Shown in pieces: positions 35,834 through 54,268 of a DNA stretch of 64,000 nt (the first letter of the stretch is position 1; the number at the start of each line of letters is the position of its first letter). A program made the translations under genes and the position numbers. The stretch comes from Chrysomallon squamiferum. Taxonomy: Eukaryota > Animalia > Mollusca. Under the pieces are notes generated by a model that saw only the letters and a program-made list of their open reading frames with translations, did not search any database and was not told where the DNA came from. Location of the stretch: NCBI GenBank assembly GCA_012295275.1, contig CM022668.1, positions 8,432,001 to 8,496,000 on the forward strand. The letters are read 5' to 3'.

Positions 35834-37063
35834 TCGAAACAACATTTTGCGATTGTATGTATGAATGTACGCGCGTATGTAGATATATATATGTATGTAT
35901 GTACTTTTTATGTGAGTATGCATGTATATTTGTATTTAGAAATGAATATTCTATCTGTTTAGACTCTTGTCACATACAAAGTTCTTGAACGCACAGGCAC
36001 ACGACATATCAAACGTCAGAAGCCGTTGACGAGACTCGAACGCATGGCACAATTGACCCGAATGCCGATTGTTTCACTCGCTGTTAAAACATTTCTACAT
36101 ATTTGATCAAACAGCGATGAAAGAGATAAACAACAACAGATTTCGTTTATAGTTCTTATCTGAAACGTTTCACACAAGCATTTATTATACGTCCTCAGCA
36201 GCAGGTAGGTACAGAAACACGTGTGTTGAAATTAAATGTAAGAAAACGTGTTTTTGTTTCCCATCCCAGTTTTTCTTCAGATACTAGATTTCTTTTTAAA
36301 ATCTGTACCATTTTGTTTTCTCCATCTTTTCTAATTTAAAATAAATATTGAACAAACAAACGAATAAATAAATTTTATTATAAATTCCATTTTTAAATAA
36401 TCTGTTTCATAATATTCGAGTTCACTGCACTGTTTTGAGTCGTACCTATAAGACTCTCTGTGCTATGATCACAGTCAAATATTTTATTACTTTGTCAATC
36501 TATAATTACTGATTATAATGGAAGCCAGTTAATTCATTTATAAACTTGAATATATAAATATCTTCACGACAAATCAACGTCATTTTTTATTTCGATTATT
36601 GGTTGTTTTAAGTTATATATATATATATACATAAATATATGTGTATGTGTGTGTGTGTATGTATGTATGTATGTGAATATATGAAACAGAATGAGAAAAT
36701 ATAATTTTGTTGCCGATTATCAGGAAGAAATACTTTATATGCAAATCTCGCTGACAATTTCTACACCACACTAGTATGTACAGATCGATATACATAAATA
36801 CATGCACATGAAGATCATGGATTTCCACAACTGCTTAATATTTACTGTTTTATGTTTACTAGGGGATGACCCGTTATCCATAATTCCCTAATCTACTCTA
36901 TCTTTAAACAACTAATGTTTTTTTTTTTTTATCTAACTCCCTCCCATAAACAGTAAACCGAATTTTTTGATAAACCGGTCTAAAGATTGTGTGGAACGGG
37001 ATATGATTAAAAAACAAGAGTCTAAAAGCATAGTGGAATAATGTTTGTTATCTCTAACTTTGA

Positions 37064-37117
<54 letters not shown>

Positions 37118-38391
37118 AATAAATAAATAAATAAATATGAAAAACGTCCAGTGACAGATTCAACTTGGCGAACGTGACATTCAGCTCACGTATCAGTGAA
37201 AGTGTCAATAAAGTTATTAAAAGTTTTTATTTCTATTTTTCAAACTAAAGTTTAATATTTATTCCCAGATAAGAAACAAATGTGATTCAGTTTTCAAATA
37301 ACACCAGGTGGTTGTGGATTTTTTCACAGAAGTTTTAATTCACCGCGGCAGTCAAATTAGAAAGATAAAATAAAAACAGGTGGCTTTAAATTAAATCTAC
37401 CACTGTCGATCTGTGCTGAAGGTTACCTTGAAGCTAAAAATTGTTTTTAAAGTGTAAATAAAACGACTTAGAAAATTTGTTTTCAATTTTGTTTTTCTCT
37501 CTCATGACAAATTCATTTAAAAAGGTTTCTTTCTTGAGTTCAAAATTTTCCTTGGTCAAGAGCCGATAACCGATATAATTTTATATGTTATTTGTTTGTG
37601 GTTTTTTTTCATTCCTTTTTTATTATTATTGTTGTTGTTGTTGTTGTTGTTATTTATATTTCAATTTATTTATTTATTTATTTATTTTATTTATTTTTAA
37701 TTTTTATTTTTACTCATAATGATGCATTCTCACTTTCCTGAAAATCGAATATTTAATTTAACATTAATTTTTATTTTTTGTTAAATTCTCAAAACAATTT
37801 TTATTTTTTTTGGAAATTTGTATTTTGTCTGCAAGTATTTACATGTGTTTACAGATAAATATAAATATATATATATGTATGTATGTGTATGTGTGTATGT
37901 ATGTGTTTGAGTGTTTGTATGTGTATGTGTGTATGTATGTGTTTGAGTGTATGTATGTGTATGTGTGTATGCATGTATGTATGTTTTGTTTGTGATAATA
38001 TATCAATAATATTGAGAATTATTTGTGTACATATATGAAATACATATAATTATATAAGATATTTGAAAGTGTTTCAGTACTCTACTATTAGTCATAGAAA
38101 AGATTTTAGTTGTATTGATCTATAGGAAACCAGTTCCCTAGCAGTCCGAACATAACAGTTACTATAACACACACAGAGACACATACATACGCACATACAC
38201 ATTCACACAGACAGACACACACAAACATACACACAGGCACAAACACATACATTATAAGTTTTATAATTTTAAATAACTACATAAATTGAAACTATATTAT
38301 ATAATTTTAGGTTGCATACAATCCATAGATTAATAATACTTATAATAAGACCCTACAAAAACAATAAATAAATAAGTAAATATATGATACA

Positions 38392-38498
<107 letters not shown>

Positions 38499-38603
38499 GA
38501 TGATGATGAAAGGGGAGGTTCTCAATTGCATGGACAACTCACTCGACTAAAACAAAAAAAACAAAAAAATAATTTAAAAAAAGAACCCAAAATAAATAAA
38601 TAA

Positions 38604-38677
<74 letters not shown>

Positions 38678-39000
38678 AATAAATAAATAAATAAAATCGA
38701 TGTGTGTGTGTACTCTGGATGGCAGCATCTCAGCTTGGTTTGGTGTCGTTGTGTTTACGGCGGCAAGCATTGGCGAAAAAAACAGCAATGCCAACAACTG
38801 TGAAAAGACAAACACTAAAATTTATTTTTAAAAATCCCGCTTACGTAAAACGTAATCTGCTCCTGGATGATAATAAATAAATAAATAAATAAATGAATAA
38901 ATGAATAAATAAATGAATAATCTGTAAATTTCTTTAGTCCTATTTTATAACATTAAAAAATTGGAATAGTTTGCCACGTTAACTAACTATAACTAAAATT

Positions 39001-39415
39001 GATGACGTCACGCTTTCATATAACAATCGATGACGTGCTTACGACGTTGATGCCATGCTTGATGAAAGGCGGCAGGATGGTTACTAACATTTTTTAACAG
39101 AACACGTAATATATACAAAATTATTCTCTGTCTTCTTTTTAACGGCAAAAAATAAAGGAAAGAAAGAAAAAATATAGAAACAACAAAACAATAACAACAA
39201 CAACAAAAAGAAAAAAAAAGAAGAAGAAAAAGAAAGAAAGAAAAACCATAATATAGTATCATCTCTGTCGCCATTACATTCTGGTTTCGTTGTAAAGGCC
39301 AAGGCTAATTTCAGTAAGGTTATTTTCACGGATCCGTGTTCATGTTACACAAGGAAGATTCTGCCATACACATTCTAAGAAAACTGCTGGCTTAGCACTA
39401 ACATTGTGGATGTGA
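39001..39415 (+). promoter_or_regulatory. Putative CRE-containing promoter and non-coding first exon of orphan gene P3
   Basis: TGACGTCA 39003-39010, TGACGTG at 39031, and a donor GTGAGT at 39412. Confidence 0.45.
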
Positions 39416-39651
39416 GTATTTACATATTGGTATAAATGTCTATAGTTATCGGATTAAAAACTATTTAAAAAATTCAATAAACTAATAATAAAACTCACTA
39501 AAACAAAGTAGAAAAAACACCATAAGTATCGAAAATTGTTATAATTATAACTGTTGTTCCTGCTGTTATTGCTGCTGATATAACAGCTATTTGTTGGACA
39601 TTTTTATGTTTTTGTATATATAATCACTTAATCCGTTTACTTTTCAGAATA

Positions 39652-41430
39652 ATGGAAGGAAAGAAATCCCAAGACTGGAAAAGTAAATTGTTGCCAGCAG
39701 CCTACAAAGAACAGATGTATTATGATCAATATATGAAACAATTAGCGCATAGTAAAGAACGTTTATGGAAAAAAGGGATTACTAATTCCAACAAAGCACT
39801 GGCATGTCTTCGAGTTTCTTCCTTAAGTGAATCGAAAAAACTTCACAGCTCATATATACAGAACAACACATGCAAAAAACGAAATACACCAACAAAACGT
39901 GAGACGAATTTTGAAAATAAATTCTCTGGTATTACAGGAAAACAGATGATTCCCTCGTACCACGGTAAAGCGAAAGTTCCCAATGCCGACACCAGTTTTG
40001 AAGGCATTAATATGCATAAAACAGTTTTGGGTAACATAGACAGGTTAAAAGCTCCAGTCAGTTGCAGTGGCAGGTTCGAAGTAGCACGAGATAAGATGTT
40101 AAATTCAAGGAAACATGAACAATATTTTCAGACAACGGTAAGCGACCTGTTGCATCTTGTGATGAAATCCTCGGCGAGTATTCCAACTCGGAACCGAACA
40201 CCGAAAAACCCTGGTCTGGCTCTTCAAATAGTCAGTAAACGTAAGTCTGAGAACACATTGAAACTGAGAAGAGACTGTTATTTCAAAACAGATTCAAAAG
40301 ATGTAAGTGATTCTGCAATTCAGTCCCGCAGTTGCAAAGAACTAAGAATAAGCAGCATGGCAAAGTTACAAAGAGAAAATAATCTTGTCTCCAAACAAGT
40401 CTTGCCCAGTGTAAATGCTTGGTCGAGAGATGAAGAAGGTCTGAGTTCTTGCCGTGATCTGCTAACCAATCACAGCACTGAAAACAAAACTAATTCGGCT
40501 GTGGAACCAAATATTTTGCAGCTTGAATACCTACACACAAGATATTATTGTTTGCCCAAAGACAGTTCATCTTACGAAACAAAGGCTGAAACAAAACCTT
40601 TGAAAATGGAAAGTGTTTCTTCATCCAGTGTTCAACAACTCAGCAGAGCGTCCACCGTCGACGAAACGTCTGCAGAAACCACCCAGTCACTGCAAAAATT
40701 TGACAGTTCAAAGGAAAGTTTGCAGTCATCAGTCCAACCAAACAGCCAAACAAATTGTTCAATCAGAGCGAAGCAAACGAAATCAAATTCAGGCATCAGT
40801 ATAGACTCCAAGAAATCGATGTCAGGCAAGAGTCAAGATTCTCAGAAATCGGTATTAGACGTGAATCCAGACTGTGATAAACTAATGCCAACCGTGAGTC
40901 CAGACTGTGATAAACTAATGCCAACCGTGAGTCCAGACTGTGATAAACTAATGCCAACCGTGAGTCCAGACTGTGATAAACTAATGCCAACCGTGAGTCC
41001 AGAGTGCAACAAATCAGTGTCAGACATGAGTGGAAATATCAAAGAATCAGGGCCGTACTTGAGACCAGAGTCCGTGAAATTACTGTTTGACGTAAGTTCA
41101 AATTCCAGGAACTCAGGCTCCGAGGTTAGTTCAAAGTTCAAGAAATCAGTATCAGAAGTGAGTTTGCAGACAGAATCGTTCCCCTCGGCTAGCTCGTCTG
41201 ATAAGAACCAGCTGAACGAAGACAAACTGAGTCAGTCCTCCAACATCTCAGTAGACAGAGCAGACAACTCGCTACCTGACATTGAACAAACCACGTCAAG
41301 GAAATCGGATTCCTATGCGTCAGAAAGTCGTCTGACGACGCCAGAGCAGTATTATGAAGAAGACATGATTAAACTTCCTGATATCCACTCCTCAAACCAA
41401 CTCACAAATCAGAGATTTCAAGATTTTTAA
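39652..41430 (+). CDS. Uncharacterised K/S-rich protein P3 (592 aa, single coding exon) with 11-aa repeats
   Basis: Long ORF after the acceptor tttcag|AATA ATG. Homologous to P1, with the last 97 aa almost identical. Confidence 0.87.
   Translation: MEGKKSQDWKSKLLPAAYKEQMYYDQYMKQLAHSKERLWKKGITNSNKALACLRVSSLSESKKLHSSYIQNNTCKKRNTPTKRETNFENKFSGITGKQMIPSYHGKAKVPNADTSFEGINMHKTVLGNIDRLKAPVSCSGRFEVARDKMLNSRKHEQYFQTTVSDLLHLVMKSSASIPTRNRTPKNPGLALQIVSKRKSENTLKLRRDCYFKTDSKDVSDSAIQSRSCKELRISSMAKLQRENNLVSKQVLPSVNAWSRDEEGLSSCRDLLTNHSTENKTNSAVEPNILQLEYLHTRYYCLPKDSSSYETKAETKPLKMESVSSSSVQQLSRASTVDETSAETTQSLQKFDSSKESLQSSVQPNSQTNCSIRAKQTKSNSGISIDSKKSMSGKSQDSQKSVLDVNPDCDKLMPTVSPDCDKLMPTVSPDCDKLMPTVSPDCDKLMPTVSPECNKSVSDMSGNIKESGPYLRPESVKLLFDVSSNSRNSGSEVSSKFKKSVSEVSLQTESFPSASSSDKNQLNEDKLSQSSNISVDRADNSLPDIEQTTSRKSDSYASESRLTTPEQYYEEDMIKLPDIHSSNQLTNQRFQDF
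40861..41003 (+). repeat. 33-bp coding tandem repeat (VSPDCDKLMPT x4) within P3
   Basis: gtgagtccagactgtgataaactaatgccaacc repeated in frame. Confidence 0.95.
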
Positions 41431-41490
41431 ATATCTTCATTACTGACTTTATTATAATTTTAAATTTAACAACATCTTCCTTATACTTAT
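41137..41490 (+). repeat. Near-identical direct repeat of 25468-~25820 (3' CDS and start of 3'UTR of P1/P3)
   Basis: Constant offset of 15669 bp; 3 substitutions in the 294-nt coding part. Confidence 0.95.
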
Positions 41491-42000
41491 CATCTTCTTC
41501 TTCTTCTTTACTTTATTTATTTATTTGTTTTATTATTTTATTATTATTATTCTAAATTCAATTCAGTATCTGGTAGATATTAATATTTTAGAAAATGTAT
41601 CTCACTGTTTTACAACTTAATAAATGTATTCGTGCTAAGACTTCAAGCTTTGGCTCATCTTATTTGCTGCAAGATATAATCAAGCTGAACTAACGCGCAG
41701 TGTGTAAAACCTCTTTCACTTCAGTGGGTGTACTGATGTGTACAGAGCTTCCCTGATTTACCTTTTAGTAAATTACTAATCAGTATGTTATGACTGTATC
41801 CAGACAATTTTATATTTAATTATTTATTTTGGAACATTGTTCAATAAGTAGAAACAATTTTAGCATTTTAGATACACACATATATACATTCATATATATA
41901 TACACAAACATACATACATAGATACATAGATAGACACACACACACACATACACACACACACATACACACACACACACTCACACATACACACACACTCACA

Positions 42001-42062
<62 letters not shown>

Positions 42063-42111
42063 TATTCACGTATACATAATGTTGTCTTGACGTCGGGCGA
42101 GTAGCTGCCAC

Positions 42112-42210
42112 ACGTTCGAGTCTCGTCAGCGGCGTGTTACGGGTTTGTGAGGATGTGACTGGACCAGTATCGTCCCCAACATTGTCTATGTGCTGAGTCT
42201 AATCAGAATA
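42112..42210 (+). mobile_element. tRNA-derived SINE fragment
   Basis: B-box gttcgagtctcgtcagcggc...gggtttgtgagg...attgtctatgtgctgagtcta. Confidence 0.65.
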
Positions 42211-42226
42211 TTCAAAATTCTAATAT

Positions 42227-42425
<199 letters not shown>

Positions 42426-42699
42426 GAGAGAGAGAAAAAAGAAAACGCCCAAAGCACGCCTACTAAACCCTAGCAGTGAGAAAAACACATAAAGTACTGT
42501 AAACACCAATCAGAAATCGCAAAGCTGTGACGTGAACAAAATGAGCATTATCCGACAAACACCACGCTTCAAATCACACAAGGCTGGACCAATCAGCTAC
42601 GATACAGCAGACGAAAACTGAACACAGACACAAAATATTAATTTTACTGTGACGAATGATTATTGATTTTTTCTAAAGGTAGTTTTCACTTAAAACAAA

Positions 42700-42771
42700 A
42701 CAGATGTTTAGCCCCCTGATACAACAAGATATCTTAACCACGTACCATTCAATTTAAACTCGCTATATAAA
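42700..42771 (+). promoter_or_regulatory. Gene C core promoter
   Basis: ACAGATGTT 42700-42708, CCACGTA 42738-42744, TATATAAA 42764-42771. Confidence 0.7.
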
Positions 42772-42808
42772 TCCACACGTCTCCTGTCAAAGTTTAATTT
42801 CTGCCAAG

Positions 42809-47756
<4,948 letters not shown>

Positions 47757-47854
47757 TCTTAACCATCAGGTAGTTTACAAGTTTCATTTACCTTTTCTCT
47801 CTATATTTTTATAGTGTATTGTCTTCATCAATTATAATATTATTATTATTGTTA

Positions 47855-47894
<40 letters not shown>

Positions 47895-48728
47895 TGTTAT
47901 TATTATCATTATTGTTATTATTGTTACTCTTGTTATTGTTTAGAATTTTAAACATTTACATGGACTAAAACATATAAACAACATATATATGTACACTCAC
48001 ATTTACATTAAATATCTACAAATATAATTCTGTTAGATATATAATTAAAACCTATATATGCTGAAACATATTTATACGTCTGTAGATTATTTTCTTATTA
48101 ATCTCTTGCTGCATGCGTATGTTATTATTATTATTTTTTTTTTTTTTCAGATCTATTTTCACAGAGGTATTCAACTGATGGGACTCAAAAAGAGAAAAAA
48201 TAAATATCATAATAATTTTCTAATTAAATTAAAATAACGAAACTTCAAACACTTTAACTGAAATATGTTCTGAAATATGTTCTCTGTATACCAGATAAAT
48301 AAAATTATAAACTTAACTCTTGTACGTATTTTGTTGTTTTTATTATTTTAATTTATAGCGTTAAGTTGATATTCTCATTCAGATATTGCTGTGATACAAC
48401 AGTAGTGATTTTATTGAAAAGATTTTCAAAATTGACAGAGCTGATAGCCCAATGTTTTGCTCGGGGTTTTTGACGGTTGAAGTAGTGGATGTCGTAATGT
48501 TGTTGTTTTTTTTTATTCATTTGGTGACGTTGTCAAATAGATGTTGTTTTAACAGTAGTGGATGTCATTCGATGAGGTCGTAGAGGTGTTCTTTCTTAGC
48601 TGATGGTGTTGTAGCATACACTGTGACGCAGCTGTAATTGTGATGATTAGTTAGTAAATGTTGTGAAGTAACTTTAACTTTCACGATGACATATAACGCA
48701 TTGTCATGTGGCTGTAAAACAATATAAC

Positions 48729-48779
<51 letters not shown>

Positions 48780-48885
48780 TAATAATAATAATAAAAAAAA
48801 AAAAATAAAAACCATTATGGAAGACCGGATGAGATGAGTGGGTGAATGGATGATAGGTTTATAACATTAACAGCTGCTGTACACA

Positions 48886-49951
48886 AAACAATGTGTAAGA
48901 GATGAAACATGTACTGATGTATAAGAGATGAAACATGTACTGATGTATAAGAGATGAAACATACGTGTATTGATGTATAACAGATGAAACACACGTGTAT
49001 TGATGTATAAGAGATGAAACACACGTGTATTGATGTATAAGAGATGAAACACACGTGTGTTGATGTATAAGAGATGAAACACACGTGTGTTGATGTATAA
49101 GAGATGAAACACACGTGTATTGATGTATAAGAGATGAAACATGTACTGATGTATAAGAGATGAAACATGTACTGATGTGTAAGAGATGAAATACACGTGT
49201 ATTGATGTATAAGAGATAAAACATGTACTGATGTATAAGAGATGAAACACACATGTATTGATGTATAAGAGATGAAACACACGTGTGTTGATGTATAAGA
49301 GATGAAACACACGTGCACTGATGTATAAGAGATGAAACACACGTGCACTGATGTATAAGAGATGAAACACACGTGTAGTGATGTATAAGAGATGAAACAC
49401 ACGTGTGTTGATGTATAACAGATGAAACACACGTTTACTGATGTATAAGAGATGAAACACACGTGTATTGATGTATAAGAGATGAAACACACGTGTAGTG
49501 ATGTATAAGAGATGAAACACGTGTATTGATGTATAAGAGATGAAACACACGTGCACTGATGTATAAGAGATGAAACATGTACTGATGTATAAGAGATGAA
49601 ACATGTACTGATGTATAAGAGATGAAACACACGTGTATTGATGTATAAGAGATGAAACACACGTGTAGTGATGAAACACACATGTGTAGATGTATAAGAG
49701 ATGAAACACGTGTATTGATGTATAAGAGATGAAACACACGTGCACTGATGTATAAGAGATGAAACACACGTGCACTGATGTATAAGAGATGAAACATGTA
49801 CTGATGTATAAGAGATGAAACATGTACTGATGTATAAGAGATGAAACACACGTGTGTTGATGTATAAGAGATGAAACACACGTGCACTGATGTATAAGAG
49901 ATGAAACACACGTGTAGTGATGTATAAGAGATGAAACACACGTGCACTGAT
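48886..49951. repeat. Minisatellite, 26/28/30-bp unit variants, roughly 35-40 copies
   Basis: Units tgatgtataagagatgaaacacacgtg(ta/ca/tg).. and tgatgtataagagatgaaacatgtac. Explains the ORFs at 48815-49988. Confidence 0.95.
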
Positions 49952-50090
49952 TAACAGGAAAGAATCTGTAATGAGCACACTTCAACATTTGCTTGAAACC
50001 TAGATTCTGACAGAGGAATATTTTTCACTTGGTGGTGAACAACAGCAACCACAACATCAGCAACAACTACAACAGAAATAATAATAATAA

Positions 50091-50121
<31 letters not shown>

Positions 50122-50124
50122 AAG

Positions 50125-50163
<39 letters not shown>

Positions 50164-51229
50164 AACAACAAAATATTTAATTCTTATTTATTTTTTGTTA
50201 GTTTCTTTTTGCATCAGTTTTAACTGCCGAATGGTATGATAGATGTACCTTCATTTTAAATTTTTAAATTAATTTATTTAGAAATATTTCTTTTAAATAT
50301 TTTTAATTGGCGTGGACTATATTTTAAAATTTTTTTTCTAAATTATTTATTTATTAATTAATTTATTTATTTAAATACCAGTATTTTATGCTGTATTATA
50401 CATATTTAATTTGTTATTTTAAATAATTATAATAAAATGACATAAGATTGACATAAGAAAATTAATTAATCAAATGTAAAAAATATAATCAAATAATCAA
50501 AAAATAATAATAAATAACTTGAAATAAATAAAATGTGTTTCACAAGGTCGTACAGGTCAATATGTTTCAATTAGATTTAATCCTAGAAATTTATCTTCAA
50601 TTAAAAGAAATAGAATATTCAGCAGAAAATGGGTTAAACCAATTTTAAAATTGTAAATAGTCGAAATTTAATCAATTTGTCATCATATATAATTTAACCT
50701 CAGAACAATTAATCAGTGTATTCTATAATTAAAAAATAAGAATAATAATGTGTTGTGATGATTTAGTAAAAAGAAAACGTAACTTTCAATAACTGGAAGA
50801 AAAAAGCAGGAAAATAAATGAAAAAATGAAAAAAAAATTAATTAAAAAACAAATAATAAATAAAATAATAAAAATATTTGCTTTTATTATACATTATAAC
50901 AGATCTGACAACATTCATCACAACAAACTATATAAAATCTATAGCCCAGGCGCAGGTGAGGTTAAAAAAACAAAAACAAAAAACAAACAACAACAAAAAA
51001 CCCAAAACCAAAACCCCCCCAAAAAACAAAAAAATCAAAACAAACAAAAACAACAACATCAAAATAATGATGTAGTAGCATGTGAAGGTATTCCAATGTT
51101 TGATAATATTTAAGTATATGTCAGTATTTCTAAACTGTTTGAAGGAGTATGTGTCGAAAAATACTTACTTTACAATTACACACAAACATAATTAATTCAC
51201 AGATCAAGTGACTATTAGTCTATACATAT

Positions 51230-52050
51230 TTGTGTGTGTGTATAGTGTGTGTGTATGTGTGTATGTGTGTGTATGTGTGTATAGTGTGTATGTGTATAGT
51301 GTGTGTATGTGTGTGTGTATAGTGTGTGTGTATAGTGTGTGTGATGTGTGTGTATGTGTGTATAGTGTGTGTGTATAGTGTGTGTATAGTGTGTGTGTGT
51401 ATAGTGTGTGTGTGTATAGTGTGTGTGTATAGTGTGTGTGTATGTGTGTGTATATGTGTGTATGTGTGTGTATAGTGTGTATGTGTATAGTGTGTGTATG
51501 TGTGTGCGTATAGTGTGTGTGTATAGTGTGTGTGATGTGTGTGTATGTGTGTATAGTGTGTATGTATGTGTGTGTGTATAGTGTGTGTATAGTGTGTGTG
51601 TATAGTGTGTGTGTGTATAGTGTGTGTATAGTGTGTGTGTATAGTGTGTGTATGTGTGTCTGTGTATAGTGTGTATGTGTGTTTGTATTGTGTGTATAGT
51701 GTGTGTAGTGTGTGTGTGTGTGTATGTGTGTCTGTGTATAGTGTGTATGTGTGTTTGTATTGTGTGTATAGTGTGTGTGTGTAGTGTGTGTGTATAGTGT
51801 GTATGTATGTGTGTGTATAGTGTGTGTGTATAGTGTGTATGTGTGTATAGTGTGTGTGTATAGTGTGTATGTATGTATGTATAGTGTGTGTGTGTATAGT
51901 GTGTATGTGTGTGTATGTGTGTGTATAGTGTATAGTGTGTGTATAGTGTGTATGTATAGTGTGTGTGTGTATGTGTGTGTGTAGTGTGTGTATGTGCGTG
52001 TGTGTATGTGTGTGTGTAGTGTGTGTAGTGTGTGTATGTGTGTGTGTGTG
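51230..52050. repeat. Compound (GT)n microsatellite punctuated by TATAG
   Basis: Visible degenerate gtgtgtatagtgtgt pattern; source of the H/T/Y ORFs. Confidence 0.9.
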
Positions 52051-52563
52051 AAGTAGAGAAAGAAACATTTCACCTCAATCGTGTAAATCTTTTTTCTTTT
52101 TCATATTAAAGAAAAAAAAATGAAAAAAATGAAAAAATGAAAAGTTTAAAAAAGAAAAAAAAGAAAGAAGAAACAGAAAAAATGAAAGAAAGAAAGAAAT
52201 AAACTATTCTGTTATTTTTATTCCAACTGAAAGTCAATAAAATCAGATAGAAACAAACATATGTTACAGATTCAGTGACACAGATAACCAAGTTCTGTGC
52301 TTACAGATGTTATTTACGTCAAAGATTTCTAAAAGTCATCAGATAGTGGAGATATGAACAGCTGGCAGAACAAAATTAATTTGAACAGCTTTCTGAACGT
52401 ATTTGAGATATCTTCTCTCTGGCATAAATAATAGCAAAATAAATAAATAATAATATCACATAAAAACAGTAACAACAGTAACAACAGCGATCATATTAAC
52501 AACAACCACAAAACTACTATTAGTGTGTGTTTGTGTGTGTGTGTGTGTGTCTGAAGTAGAGAA

Positions 52564-52642
<79 letters not shown>

Positions 52643-52672
52643 GAGAGATCGAGAACAAATAGAGAGAGAAAT

Positions 52673-52775
<103 letters not shown>

Positions 52776-52808
52776 TCGAGAAAAAATAGAGAGAGAAATA
52801 GAAAGAGG

Positions 52809-52921
<113 letters not shown>

Positions 52922-53171
52922 TGTGTATCTATATATATATATATATTTTATGTAATATTAGCCATGACCTTACAAGCAGCTTGGAAATATATAACTAAGT
53001 TGCCATCTTGTCAAGTATGAGTAAATTATATTTATTCTTTCAAACATTAATATATTTTAAAAGAGATAGAAATCATCAACTAATTTTTTCACCTTCATCT
53101 ACATATGTGAAGTGATCTGGGTTTATGTGTTAGCTTGTACACATTTCAGAAATATGTTACAGGCCCCAATA

Positions 53172-53276
<105 letters not shown>

Positions 53277-53408
53277 ATACGTGCAAACTACATACATTCG
53301 TTAACAGTAATATAAAAAAGTAAGACTCAAACATTTAGATATATATATAAACATCCAGCCATCCATCACTCCATACATATATACATACATACGTACAAAC
53401 ATACAAAC

Positions 53409-53451
<43 letters not shown>

Positions 53452-53561
53452 CATTTATACACACATAGATATATAGATACAACGAAATGATCATTATACA
53501 GACACACACTCATACATATAATATATCCATATATGGACACATATACACATATACGGATAAG

Positions 53562-53643
<82 letters not shown>

Positions 53644-54013
53644 CACACACACATACGTACATACATACATACATACACAGTCATTCATACACATATACAG
53701 ACATACAATTATTATTATTATTAGTTTTTGATTATTAAATTTCTAAAGTTTGTTATTTAAGTGTAACAGAAATCGTTTCGACTGAACCTCACAGACCAGA
53801 GCTTTTTCATGACAAAATTCAAATTCGTTTTTATTTCTTGACAATAATGCGATAAAGAAAATTAAATACATGGTGAAGACTAATTCAAGAATAAAATAAT
53901 AAAAAAACAAATTCTGAGAGATTAAAATGTCACACCCACTCAGCAACATGGTCGCAGAAATACGTCATACCACTATACAGCCTCCTCATCAACGTCGTTC
54001 TTGTTTGTACAAT

Positions 54014-54087
54014 CCCGCCCAGTTTCTAACCCCGCCCAGTTTCTAACTCCGCCCAGTTTCTAACCCCGCCCAGTTTCTAACCCCGCC
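54014..54087 (+). promoter_or_regulatory. 17-bp tandem repeat giving 5 GC boxes upstream of gene D
   Basis: cccgcccagtttctaac x4 plus a final ccccgcc, ~140-210 bp upstream of the TATA box at 54224. Confidence 0.7.
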
Positions 54088-54164
54088 TTTTCTCCAATCT
54101 GAAAGATAAAAAACAAATTTAAAAAGTGAATGACCGGCGATAAAGTGAAATTTTAATTAAAATC

Positions 54165-54231
54165 ACAGATGTTTCACAAATTAGAGATGATGCTGGTTTT
54201 GGCCGCGTATGTCTTCAAAGTCCTATATAAA
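54165..54231 (+). promoter_or_regulatory. Gene D core promoter
   Basis: ACAGATGTT 54165-54173, CCGCGTA 54203-54209 (variant of CCACGTA), TATATAAA 54224-54231. Confidence 0.7.
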
Positions 54232-54268
54232 CGCTGTGTTGAGCCGTTAAAGTCAAACGTGTTCAAAA

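Noticed and set aside
48886-49951. Similarity of TGTATAAGAGA to the Tn5/Nextera mosaic end
   Set aside because: Only an 11-nt match, lacking the AGATGTG start and CAG end; units vary like a natural minisatellite.
48815-49988. Long ORFs (387/373 aa) and CRISPR-like periodicity
   Set aside because: The ORFs result from a stop-free minisatellite on the minus strand; the variable part is only a few bases, not spacers.
51204-52073. His/Thr/Tyr-rich 289/282-aa ORFs
   Set aside because: Translation of a degenerate (CA)n/(GT)n microsatellite.
54014-54087. SV40 promoter/vector contamination (ctaactccgcccagtt)
   Set aside because: The period is 17 bp, not the SV40 21-bp repeat, and the adjacent sequence is homologous to the native gene A promoter.
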